Of a stretch of 64,000 bases of DNA, positions 37,110 to 50,189 are shown one piece after another. Source of the stretch: Ionaspis alba (lineage: Eukaryota); NCBI GenBank assembly GCA_964255285.1, contig CAXUUL010000015.1:1-64000 (forward strand), given 5' to 3'. The notes below the pieces were generated by a model. The model did not search any database. It saw only the letters and a list, made by a program, of their open reading frames with translations, and was not told the DNA's origin. The position numbers and the translations under genes were made by a program. Within the stretch, counting starts at the first letter, position 1; each line of letters begins with the position of its first letter.

Positions 37110-40100
37110 CTAGTCGCCAAGCGCTTTGCGTAAATCCGTCCATTTCTGCTTCAATGTGTCGTGGTCGGAATTGATCTGACCACCACTAAGTCAATACTGG
37201 AGCATTCGAGCAACGCAAGAAAAGAACACTCACCTCAGCAAACCTCATCTTCGTCTCCACCAAGTCCCTCTCCATCTCCCCCAACTGCTCCTCGAGAGCG
37301 CGGTTTTCATTCTGGACTTCGATATTCCTAGCCATAGTCCTCTCCATCTCATCCCTCAATCGCTTCTCCACCTCCTCTGGTTGCTTCGCCACGGTCGCTT
37401 TCAGCTCCTCGATCTCAGCCTTGAGCTCTTTATTCGAGTCACGTAGCTCCTCGTTCTCCATTTTCGACCGGATCATCTCCGTCGCCATCTGGACATGATC
37501 GGTATCTGATTTCTCGGCACGCTCTTCTAGCGAGCGGATTTTGTTGGCCAGAGAGGCGTTAGCGGATCGAAGCGTTTCAAATTCAACTTCTCGCTCTCTT
37601 TCGAGACGTATTCGAGTTTCATAATCGGTTGTGTAGTCTTTCAATAGGTCTGGGGTGATTTTGACTGCACAGGCGTCCTGGACAAGGAGATCCGCGCGGT
37701 AGACCTCTTTGTCCTGTTGGCCAGCGGAGTGGCCAAAGAAGCCAGATTCGAGTATGGAGTTGGCAGAAGGTGCTTGGTCGATGTAGACGTCGAAGAGGCG
37801 CTCGTTGAGAAATTGTTTTAGTGCAGTCATGTCTTGCAGGGCAAGAAGCGTATCAGCATTCTTTTGCATGAGGGCGATTCCAAACTTTAGGATTGCTCCA
37901 TCAAGACCTTCACTGAGGATAAGGTCGTAGACACGGAGCACGAGCTGTAAAGGGAAGCGGTAAGCAAAGAGCGTGAGAAACCATTGAGTGGCATAGATGG
38001 ACGGATTGATTCCACGTTTGTGAAGATGATAGCACAGGGCGGGTTCGACGTCCTCTAAAAGACGTTCGAATTGGTAGAGGTGAAGGTGGAGACCTGGCAT
38101 GTCTTGCGTGAACATGTCCCGGAGGCGGTAGTGGTTCATCAGCCGGACGAGGAGGCAGAAGGCTTCTTCCTCTGGCATCTGTATACCTGATCAGTATGAC
38201 GAGAACGGGAGCATGAGAAGAGCCTTACGTTGAAGAGCAATGGCATGACGATGAAATTCATGCCTTGAGCATAACCTACGCCTTCGTCGAAGAGAGCGTA
38301 CGCCTTACATACTCCAAACAGACCTTCTTGGAGACCCGCTGCTGCAGCATATTTGGAGTAATTTGATCTCGAGCCAAGATCCTTGCGAATGGTCTTCTCT
38401 AGCTTTTTCAGGGCAGCAGTGTCTTCTTTAGCCTTCTTCGCTCGTTCTGCGTTCATGGCGGCTTGTAGCTTCGCAGTATCTATATCTTGTGACAGAGAAG
38501 GCGAAGTCATACCATTCGTTGTGGCTGGTGTAGAATGTTCTGAGTGTATCGATGAAGCAGAAGAAACGATTGAGTCTTTGTGGGTTCCATTGCTAGCAAG
38601 ACTGTTTGCAGAATGCGGACCGCTCGAGAGATTCGGAGACTCCTTTTGAAGCTCCTTGTCGGTTCCCCGAAGGACAAGCTCTCGATAAACCCCCTCAAGT
38701 TCCTCGTTCTTGCTTTGCGCGAGAACTTGCCATACCACGCCTCTGATCGCGCTTGGGATGCCACTGGCGATAGCTCGATTGAGCTCATCTGCACTAGTCT
38801 TTGCAACGGCTGCGGGTCCTTCGTAAACCACCGATTGCCATAGATCCCAGTCAACCGGAGCTTCGGGATCTTGCATAGCAGATGGACCAGAAGAAATTCC
38901 AGACACAGTCCCCGGCGCAAGATTTGGATCAAAACTGGAAGCAATCGAGTTCGTTCTACTCATCGTGCTTCCAATTGGAGCGTCAGCTTCAGACACTGGC
39001 GGCGGGCTTGACATGAGCGCAGACTCCTCTTCTTCCCTTGCACCTTTGGGCGCCTTGATACCGAGTCCGACATCTTCGGCGGAACCTGCTAATGCTGCTG
39101 TAGAATCCTTCTGACTTCCGTGGCTTTTCAACTCTGTATCAACAAGAGTTATCCCAGCTTCTTCTCTCATGCGCAATATCTTGAAGCGCTCTTTCAGGGT
39201 TTCCCTTGCGGGTATTCTTGCCCCAGTAGGACTGTCCGCTGGCTCCTCGTCCAGTCGTTTGAGCATCAAGTCTGGATTTCCTCCGAGGCTTCCGGCCGTC
39301 ACAGCTGTATAGCGTCTAGCCGAGTGTTGTTGTGGCGCTGAAACACTATCAACGGGGGCTGATTTCTTTCTTGAAAGCCATGCAAAAGGACTCGATAATT
39401 TTCTGGATATGCCAGCCGGCATCGGTTGCTTGGGTTGTGGAGAAGGGCCCCAAGGTACTGAGCCCGTAGACACAGACTGCGAATGCAGAACATTTGAGGT
39501 TTTAGGATTCAAGGGTGGTCTGGAGGCTGAAACGGAGGAATGAGAGCGTTCGGAGTTGTTCGAGCTGGTGGTAGTGGACCGTCCGCGTGGCTCATTTGTG
39601 TCCCCATTCTCCTTTAGCTCGCTCAACTGGACTTCGTCAAAGGCGGTTGACGTTCGTCTGGCCGTCAGTGGTGGGGAGATGCCAGATCCTCCAGGTGCAA
39701 GCGAAGTGTTCTTCGGACTGACCATGTCGTTACCCATTGTAGTGATATCCTGCTCATGGTGCATTACTCCTAACGTCTTTGTAGCCCTAGGCGTTACTTC
39801 TTCAGAAATCGTCTCTGAAGGGCGTCTGTCTGCTAGTATGTGCGACGGTCGATGTTCCACAGGCGTAGTGGAGGAATCTCTTCGATCTGTCAAGGAGCGT
39901 ATAGAGGCAGATGAAGTCAGCGATCGAGCCGAAGCATTAGAGCGCGATCTCGTATGTTTTGGTCGTGGCCTGATAACTTCGTCGGAGGCATCTTCAAAGG
40001 TGTCCTATCCCCCAGAATCAGCCCAACGCCAAAAATATTCCACATTCTCCGACTCACCCCCTCCCGATCTGAATTGTCCGCACTGGACAGCTTCATATCT

Positions 40101-40111
40101 GACACATCCAT
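37110..40111 (-). CDS. GYP5: TBC-domain Rab GTPase-activating protein with C-terminal coiled coil (Gyp5/Gyl1-like)
   Basis: GIPSAIRGVVWQ, IRKDLGSR, GYAQGMNFI and YATQWFLTLFAYRFP motifs. Introns at 40005-40057, 38179-38228 and 37176-37233. Confidence 0.88.
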
Positions 40112-40913
40112 ACCTACTCCCTGAACAAGGCGTTGAAGTCGTAGTGTTCCTCGAAATCACAAGGTAAAGAGTTGTCTCTAATGACTCGAACGTGGAAAGC
40201 GCCTCCCAGCAGTCGCTGTTGTCCGAATCCGGTTCGGCAATCATAAAAGCTCCGTCAACACTATCAAAGGGCCTGAAGAATCAAAGTGAAGATAGCAAAA
40301 CCAGTCTTTTCGAAGAGACCGTATGGTCAAGCACTTTCTGAATCATAGCTGGTCAGTTGGAATGGTTGTTGGATTGGAGCGTGCCTAGGGAGGCTGAAGC
40401 TCTTAATGCCAACGCTTAGGTTATCCCCACAAGTCGCCGTGTCAAAATGATCAAGCAGGGATTATCGTGTCAAGAAAGAACACGCGGCGGAGATCTTAAT
40501 TCTAATATTCTTTGTCTTCAATGCTGGTCTACATGTGTTACAGCGAAGATGATCGTCAGCTCCTGAATACTAAGTAGCATCAATCGTTCTATGATAATGC
40601 ACTCGCAACATGCCACTTTCTCCATGCTTTCACTCCTGTTCGCGATTCGCGATTGGTGCTACAAGATTAGCGTCCACCACACAGTCAGGTACAGGATGAG
40701 TCGCCAAATGGTCAAATCAGAGAAGAGTTCATGTAGCTATACACGTCGATAGCCAATATCGAGCCTAGCTAGTTACAACTTGCATGCATGATGTTCTGCA
40801 GCTTTTATCGCACAGATCCTCCCTCCCTAGCTCGACAATTACACGGGTAAGCAAAGCACATGTCCAACAATTGACATGCATGTACAGCACGTTATTCCTT
40901 CTGCTCGTTGCAA

Positions 40914-42212
<1,299 letters not shown>

Positions 42213-42856
42213 GACGGAGAGACTTGCAGAGCAGGATGGCAGGGTAGAAGGGAATGATGCGGTTGTGGAACCAAAGATATAGCAGCAGGCTACATCAATG
42301 GTGTGTAGATATCACGAGAGACCGCATGAGGTGTGGCAACAGATCTCACAGGTAAGGAAGGTGCACTTGAAGGAGGAGACACACAGAAGACTAGCACATA
42401 GAGAAGGACGGGATGCAGTGCAGAATAATAAAAAAACAAGCAGTCCTCGGTAGGTTCCTTCCTTTTCCAACACTGTTGGAAGTTCCAGGGATATGTGCTA
42501 TGTTACTTGTCTCATGCTCCTTTCTTTTTCGCACGTGTAACGTAAATGATATTCCTGAAGGAACACCGAAGGGTGTTATTATTGGTGTGCCGCGTATGCG
42601 CCTATCGTCGGCTCCACCGGACGAGTCGATTCTAAACGCGTCCATGTCATAACAGCTTTGTGTCTACAACGGAACCACACCATTTTTACTCAACCAACCC
42701 CTTGTCTTGCCGACTATCCCTAAAGTTCGGCGTGACATATCATGCCGATGGATTGGATCAGGGCGGTGTCAATTAACCCATTGATACTAAGCTCACGTCA
42801 TCTCACAGCTGCCAATCCTTATCGTCCTCTCAACTATCTCAGCTACAACATTCGCG
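42213..42856. promoter_or_regulatory. Bidirectional promoter shared by hppD and the TTC36-like gene, with a CGG-N14-CCG inverted repeat
   Basis: Divergent ATGs separated by 644 nt; imperfect palindrome TCGGCGTGA-cata-TCATGCCGA at 42727-42748. Confidence 0.5.
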
Positions 42857-43642
42857 ATGGAAGACACTTCTAGAGATAGTTCCTTGTCGTCCAACGACAA
42901 TGCAATACTCTCAAAGCTTTTTGATCCAGAGTCTGCTCCTTCCAGTGGAGTTCTTGTTGATGCGTCTCTTCCTAGTGATCCGCATGTAGTGGATGCCCAG
43001 GACCTCGCGACGATTAAGAGCAAGGAGAAGAGAGTGATACAGTCTGTGGAGAGTGTACTACAGGATCCCAGGCTCTCTGATCAGAGAGAAGATATCCTAG
43101 CATCTGCCTATGCTGAAATGTCAATCCTGATCGATCAATACCCACGATACGCGTCCCTACGCAACAATCGTGCCCAGCTCTTCAGATTACGATATGGAGA
43201 CGAAGTGCTGGTACCTAATAATAGGCACTCTCTCGAGGATATATCACTGGCGGCTACTGCTTTGCAGGACCTCAATACGGCAATCTCGGTACTCACACCC
43301 ACTTCGACACAATCACCTATTTCACCTGCTCAATGTCAGACGTTAGCCCAAGCTCACACCCAGCGCGGGGCTCTTTACTATGCGGCAGCTAAAGCATTGG
43401 ATGCGTCCCAAAGAGATCAATCACTAGGACCAAGACAGACGAGCCCTTTGAAACCATTGGAGTCGTGGACAACCCTAGATTTTGAAGAGGCGGCAAGTAA
43501 GGATTTCTTCATGGGTGGCAGGTACGGAAACGAAATTGGGAAAGCATTGGCTGTCCATGTCAATCCGACCGCCAAGCTTTGTGGGCAGATGGTGCAAGAG
43601 GCCATGAAACGGGAATTTGCCCCTGCTTCTGTGCCTACCTGA
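42857..43642 (+). CDS. TPR protein, TTC36 homologue (probable HmgX-type HPPD accessory factor)
   Basis: NDNAILSKLFDP, PRYASLRNNRAQL, ALQDLNTAI, QAHTQRG and DFFMGGRYG..VNPTAKLCGQMV are colinear with TTC36 motifs as I recall them (NDQAVLQAIFNP, ASAYNNRAQ, QSFVQRG, LNPYAALCNRML). Confidence 0.85.
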   Translation: MEDTSRDSSLSSNDNAILSKLFDPESAPSSGVLVDASLPSDPHVVDAQDLATIKSKEKRVIQSVESVLQDPRLSDQREDILASAYAEMSILIDQYPRYASLRNNRAQLFRLRYGDEVLVPNNRHSLEDISLAATALQDLNTAISVLTPTSTQSPISPAQCQTLAQAHTQRGALYYAAAKALDASQRDQSLGPRQTSPLKPLESWTTLDFEEAASKDFFMGGRYGNEIGKALAVHVNPTAKLCGQMVQEAMKREFAPASVPT

Positions 43643-44110
43643 CGGTCAAGGTTGGCCCGGACCCGTGGACTGGGATTCCGTAACGCTACAAAGTTCTGAG
43701 ATAACTCAGTGCTGGCCTGAATTTGATGAATTCAAGTTCGTGGCCAAGGTCCATATGAGAGTCACCTGGACCAAATATCAATTGGCTATCTAGATTTGGA
43801 ACTAACATACTTGCAAACATATGTGACCATAAAGTCCCTTTAAATTGCTGTCAAACTAAGTAGAGATTTCTACTACCGTCTAAATGGAACTAAAGCATTC
43901 AAGAAAGCAAGTTGAGCAGAAACCACATCAGCATCTATTGAAACTCCAGTTCAATGCTTGGCATCACCTCTTGCACAAATGCCCTTTGTCTAAGCCCAAA
44001 ATCATCGATAAGGTGCTAGCTTTCTTTTCCGGTTCTCTCGTCTTGTCGGAATTTCTAGCGTATATTGGTGGTGAACTTCGATCATATCTTACAGAAAGAA
44101 CAGGGCGACT

Positions 44111-45423
44111 TCAACGTCCACGAGGAAATCTCTGACCTGTGTGCATGATATTAAAGTCCTGCGCCTGATTGACTTCCAGGAACGGGTCATAGTATTCTTG
44201 CGTAACAAATGCACCATCCAGACCGCGGGAGTGTCCTTGTGCATTGTGGTCGCCTAATGTACGTCGTCGCAGCATACCAGATGTGGGATGACGGTTGAGC
44301 TGACTTGATATGCCGGGCCAATCTGTTGGAGGCGATCCTAGGGTTTGGTCCGTTGGATTCGTCGATTGACGACTCCTGCCTGGTAGCTCCCACATTTGGG
44401 CATTGTTGTCCATTGTATCGCTGATCCTGCTGCTATTTGCTGATGCTGGTCTCCATTCAATCCGCAATGGATTCCGAGCTCCACGGGAAGAATCTTTCGA
44501 CTTTCGGTCAGTGTCATGTCCCGAAAAGGGTACTGCGGTGTTCCAGAAAGAACAGGTACTGCACATACTTTCTGAATAAAGATTATGCTCCCAGCTCACG
44601 GTGAAGCCAGCATCCGCTGGCGTTGGCGCTCCAGAATGTTGATCCATCCACTTAAGCTCCTCAGGATTCTCTGTGAACANNNNNNNNNNNNNNNNNNNNN
44701 NNNNNNNNNNNNNNNNNNNNNNNNNNNNNNNNNNNNNNNNNNNNNNNNNNNNNNNNNNNNNNNNNNNNNNNNNNNNNNNGGCGCTCCAGAATGTTGATCC
44801 ATCCACTTAAGCTCCTCAGGATTCTCTGTGAACATCTTCACTGGCATTTGGGACAGGGCAATTTCATCTTCGAGAGTCCAGCAGATGCTCCGGTCGTACA
44901 CCGGGTTGACCCGGTCCAGCTCATATTGTTCCAAGAATGCTTTCTGCTTCCAGACGACAGTCTCGTTACCCGGAACTCTTGGCACTGGCAAGAACCGTTT
45001 GAACCCAGAAGTATGTCTTTCGTCGCCCTCCTCTTTGTATTCGTCCGCTGTCGGCCACGGAGCCATGGGGCGATTCTGTTCAGGCCCGAACCAAGGAGCC
45101 CAAATCGACGGCAAGGACAATACAGCGCTGCGGTTGTCGTGGAACTGCTTACCTTCGAAGGGTATAAGGGGAGGTCGGTTCGTTCTTCTGGCGAGCTCTC
45201 TGTCTTCCAAGATATTCTCCATGCGCTTCCTTGCTTCTTGGGCTCTGTCTTCGGCGAATGCTGCAGTATGCTCCCGGAACTCGGCAAAAGTATGAGGTAC
45301 GAACGGTGATCGATCAAATCGCATGCGGGCCAGGTTGGATTCCACGGTCAGCCAGCGGCTGTACAACGCGTCTCTCTCGTAATCTCGCGGCGATACCCAC
45401 ACTCTTGAGTTGCCGTGTGCCAT
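44111..45423 (-). CDS. Uncharacterised fungal protein (split by a gap artefact; true start may lie upstream)
   Basis: The ORF is continuous once the 55-nt duplication and gap are collapsed. Ordered-looking block RSPFVPHTF...APWPTADEYKEEGDERHTSGFKRFLPVPRVPGNETVVWKQK. Confidence 0.7.
44625..44834. other. Scaffold gap (100 N) with exact 55-nt flanking duplication
   Basis: 44625-44679 is identical to 44780-44834. Confidence 0.95.
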
Positions 45424-46507
45424 TTCTTCCTCGTGATAGCCCAGAACGCTTCTTGCCTCCGCCACCACCCTCAAGTTTGGATCAACTCTTGGTTCGTTCG
45501 TAGCCTACAGCGTCGAAGTGCTGAATACGACGTGATCCTGTCGGGTGTGATATTGAAGTCGGTGGCAGTGATTCCAGATGATTTCCTCTGTGCAGCGCTG
45601 TGAGAGCGCACCACCAAGGCGGGTCCGACTTCTCGACACTTTCCCAAGCAACGACGATATGTCAAAAGCAATGACCACGTCCTCCAAAAAGATCTCGATA
45701 AGGTGCAAAAGATATCACAATACCAGCGGACTGTCAGAGAAGTTGTCGAGAGGCCAATCCGGGTCGACCTTACGATCTGCTTGGTTCAGGTATGCGTACA
45801 CCTATGCTAATTATCTGGTCTGAAGAGGAAAGGGTTGCTCATGAAGTGGGAACATTAATACTTGATTCAGCGATGCGGACAATGGGATTATTTTTGACGT
45901 ATGAACAATGGCTTTATTCACTACAAAGGCAGTGTACCTCGGCTTTGCCAAGGTGAATGATTGCTGAAAGAGAGTGCAGCATCGCTGCAGACAAGGTGCA
46001 TAGGCCATTCCAATAAGCTCAGGACGTCGTTGTTCTGTATTCTGGTGTAGTGAAAGATCATGTCGAGGAACTGGGAGTTGTGTTGAGAACAATAGCCCTA
46101 GCCTGACAGTAGGCAAGTGATCGTAGACAGCTCTCTCAAAAGATCTATTTGAGCTTGCTTGGCCGAGCTCAACACATACACCTTAAACGTAATTCAGCAA
46201 AGCTCTCGCAGAGGTCATTACTACTTTCATCGTGTGACTAGGAAAACAGCAAACTCTACCACAAGGGACCCCACCTCACGATCACTTCAGCACCGCTATT
46301 CCATATAGAGTTAGTACTAGGGCTTCTCGCCTAACTGCCATATCTTCCACCTTGCTTCCACATCCCATATCGATCTATCAAGCACATGTTCGAGGTAGAC
46401 TACTCAAACCCACGAGTCTTTTGATTCATCGACGCGATCATCGGGGCATCTCGGACATCACTCGAAGCGACCAACCTTCTGCTTTATTTCACCAGCCTTT
46501 CTAAACA

Positions 46508-47035
46508 ATGCCTACTATTCCTCTTTATCCCCCTTCACCGTCCCGCACTGTCCCCTCACCACTTCCTCAACTTCTTCAGACACCATCCGGGCTCGCTATC
46601 CTAGAACTTCAAGGCAGTATCAATATACCTCTACCTCCACATCAGTCATCGTCTACTTCGTCCCCTCAAAAAACTCGGATTGGGCGTATAACCTTTCCAG
46701 ACTACCATCCACCTAAAGAAGGTGCTGTAAGCAGTGAAACTGTGAATGAGAAATGGATGAAGCGGGTGTACCTATATGTGGGGCAGCATCAAAGACTCCA
46801 AGGAGAGGTGAAGAAGCTAGCGAAGCCACTTGGTATTATTCGTCGGAGAAGAAAGAGGGAAGATGACTGCAGTGAGGTCTCTGTCATGAGTAAAGCTGCT
46901 TCAACGAGCGAGAGTGATGTGAGATTGGGTGGGGAGCACGGAAAAGACGATTCAGATGAGCTGGAGATTGTGGAGATTATCAGGTGGAAATTGGTATTTT
47001 CGAATCGGCCTGAGCCTGTGGGTATAGGAGATTAG
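46508..47035 (+). CDS. CTF8: Chromosome transmission fidelity protein 8 (Ctf18-RFC subunit)
   Basis: LAILELQG, LYVGQHQRLQGEVKKLAKPLGII and EIVEIIRWKLVFSNRPEP motifs. Confidence 0.9.
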   Translation: MPTIPLYPPSPSRTVPSPLPQLLQTPSGLAILELQGSINIPLPPHQSSSTSSPQKTRIGRITFPDYHPPKEGAVSSETVNEKWMKRVYLYVGQHQRLQGEVKKLAKPLGIIRRRRKREDDCSEVSVMSKAASTSESDVRLGGEHGKDDSDELEIVEIIRWKLVFSNRPEPVGIGD

Positions 47036-48041
47036 GTCGTGAGGATTTGACAGCACTGATTGATGGAAGGACAAAACTGCTTCTCTGCATCAAATTTTGG
47101 AGATAAAGCGGTGTAGCTATAGTGAGATGGCTGGGGACGTGGATACCGCCCGTTCTTATTATCTATATTATTATTTGACGTAATATTCGAAAATTATGCA
47201 GCTCTACCGCGTACTTGATCTCTCCGATACCCTAAGCTAATCAATCCCGTTATGTATATTCTGAAGCTCTTCTAGCATTCCCTGCAACCATCTCTGGTCG
47301 TATAGGAATTCATCGGCTGCATTCAAACCTGAATAGCGACATTTCTGTCGGACTTCCCGAGTGCAATATGATTAATTTGATCTTATATCTAGAGTTGGAA
47401 TCAAAACTAAAAGTATACTATGTATTGCTTCAATGTGCTCCAGGTCATATGCAATCCTCGTTCCCCACCGCTGCTCTCCCATGGTATCGTAGGTGAAATG
47501 ATGAAGAACCTTGATCCATACCCTCTACGCTTATGGCGGTTCTTCTATTCAACATCACGACGAATCTTCGATTGATCAGAATATTCGTTACAAAGGGGTA
47601 GCAACGGAGGTCTGAGAAGCCGTTGACACTTCCGCCTGTAACCGTTCGGCTCGGCTAGAGACGGGACGGACCGAAATGGATGTCTTCGGCTCACTGAGCA
47701 CGATCAAACATTCGTTCACCGGTTGAGTTAGGAGATGGGGTTGCATGAGGAAATGTATGGATTGGGCAGTAACTCCTCATGTCTGCTTGACTTGCGGGGT
47801 CAGGCTGGACAGATGATGTGCTTTCCGTTAGCACTTGATGGACCTTTCTTCGAAGATTCCCTTCGTCACTCACATTCCCTTTGTCTCTCCTGCACTGATG
47901 TGAATGGTCTTAGCACTTGTCTCTTAAGACCACTTGGATTCAATCGTTCATCACAACTCTCGTGACCCAATTTTCCAGTGCTTCTAGTTTGACTGACAGC
48001 CTCTTCTGTGTGGCAATGAGCACGCTACAACCGTTTCCGTC

Positions 48042-49814
48042 ATGTTCTTCAATACTGTCGTCCTTGCCATCCACAATCCTTCCCATGCCTTGCTCCTTCT
48101 CACGCTCTCCGCTGCCAGCTGTGTAAGCTTCCACTATCTGGACTACAAGCTCAATTGCTGATAGGAGCAGCTCCTTGCCTTCGTAATCTACCGCCTTCAC
48201 TTCCACCCTCTAGCCCAATACCCAGGTCCTCTCCTTGGCCGCGTGACAGACCTCTACTCGGTCTACCACGCCTGGACCGGACATCGACACCTCAATTTCT
48301 ACCATCTCCACCAGAAGTACGGCGATATAGTCCGCTATGGCCCGAATTCCATCTCCATAAACACAAACACTGCCTTGCAGAGCATTTACAGTTTCAAAGC
48401 CAATGTCCGGAAAGCCAGTTTCTACTCGGTCTTCCCGGCTTCCAAAGGAGCATGGAGCACTCACAGTGCCATTGACAAGAGCCTTCATGCTCGGAAGCGG
48501 AGAGTGCTCTCGCAAGCATTCTCCGACAGTGCGATGAGAGGGCTGCAGCCGCACATCCTGCAAGTCATTGAGACGTTCTGCTGTGCCGTGGGCGATTTCG
48601 CTGCTGGAACAGATTTGGACAGTATGAAGCAAGATGCATGGTCTAAGCCAAAGAATATGGCCGCTTGGGCAAATTATATGTCCTATGACGTCCTCGGCGA
48701 CATTTGCTACGGTGCCAGCTTCGACACTTTGACCAGGGACACCAATCGCTTTGCCGTCAAGCTCGTACAGACCAGCTCCCGTTTCCACTATCTGACAGCT
48801 CAGATGCCGGTCCTCAAAAAGCTCGGACTTGATCGTCTACTTTTCGGGGATATGAGAACAGAGAGGCAGAGGTTCATGGGCTATAGCCGTGCGAGGTTGG
48901 CAGAGAGGATGACATTGGGCGTGGACAACGAGAGGAGAGACTTCTTCTACTATCTTCTGAAAGCTCGGGACCCAGAAACGGGACAAGGCTTTGGTACACA
49001 GGAGCTTTGGGGCGAAAGTAACGTTCTTTTGATTGCAGGTACTTCATTCGCTCCGTCCTACACATCCCTCCTTCAGTGAGCTCTACTTTTTCGCAGAGAA
49101 GTCTTTGTGCTCTTCTCGCTAATTGAGCTGTCTCCCTTAGGGTCGGACACAACATCCACAGCCCTCTCCTCCACCCTGCACCACCTCTTGTACTCCCCTT
49201 TCCATCTCACTCATCTGACCAATCTCGTTCGGCACACCTTCTCTGATCTCGCATCCATTACTCCAAACGCTGTCAATCACCTCCTCTACCTCCGTGCCTG
49301 CATTGACGAAAGCATGCGCCTAGCGCCGCCTGTGCCTGCACTCCTGCCTCGTGAAACTCTCACTGGCGGAATTGATATCGATAGTCACCACTTTCCAGCT
49401 GGCACTGTCGTTGGCGTGCCCACCTATGCCTTACATCATAAGGAAGAGTATTTTCCCTTGGCTTTCACGTTTAAGCCTGAGCGGTGGCTTCACGAGGACC
49501 CTGATGCTGACGCTGATCCGGCGATGAACGGCCACATGGAAGAGAAACGAGACATGATAGGCGATGATAAAGTGGCCATCGAGAGTTTAAAGCTTGCTCA
49601 GTCAGCTTTCTGTCCTTTCAGTATTGGTCCAAGAGGGTGCATTGGGAAGGGAGTAGCATATGCGGAGGTGGGAGTTGCGGTTGCAAGGTTGTTGTGGTTG
49701 TACGATTTGAGACTCGTTGAGGAGGCACCCATGGGGTGCAGAGGTTATGCTATCAGGGATCTATTCGTAGCTGGGAAGGATGGTCCAGTCGTACAGTTCC
49801 GGCTGAGACTCTAA
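48042..49814 (+). CDS. Cytochrome P450 monooxygenase (benzoate 4-monooxygenase-like group)
   Basis: TM anchor, FHPLAQYPGP, AG|SDTT I-helix, ESMR, PERW, and heme motif PFSIGPRGCIG. Introns at 48123-48170 and 49039-49140. Confidence 0.93.
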
Positions 49815-50189
49815 GGGATGTGAAGCAGTAGTCAAAGGTCAAGACGTGGCCGAGAGTGCGATGACGGGAGCGTGGATTATCGTCAGCGAAGCATGACCAT
49901 TGTAGTTCTAATTTAATCTTCAGCTCTATATCTTGACTGGCCTATGGAAACGAACGTGCTAGGTTTTGGCCCGGCTACCCTTTTGACAGCGCACCGATTG
50001 CTCTAATCAAGCATGAAATGCCAAGAGAAAGTCCCGTGCTTTCTTGTGGGTAAAGCACCAGTTATTCTGTGCACTTTTGTTTTAAACTGTCCGTAGACCT
50101 CAAATTCGGGTGTAGACCTAGACTTCAGAATTGTAACGACAGCCAAGCCCTCAATGCCAACGGTGAACGGAGAACGACCGAAAGGTAAA

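Noticed and set aside
35313..40111. Functional Rab cluster (BET4 convergent with a TBC RabGAP)
   Set aside because: Tail-to-tail housekeeping genes without a shared promoter. Adjacency alone is not evidence.
48042..49814. Secondary-metabolite cluster around the P450
   Set aside because: No PKS, NRPS, terpene synthase or other tailoring genes nearby; neighbours are CTF8 and DPH3.
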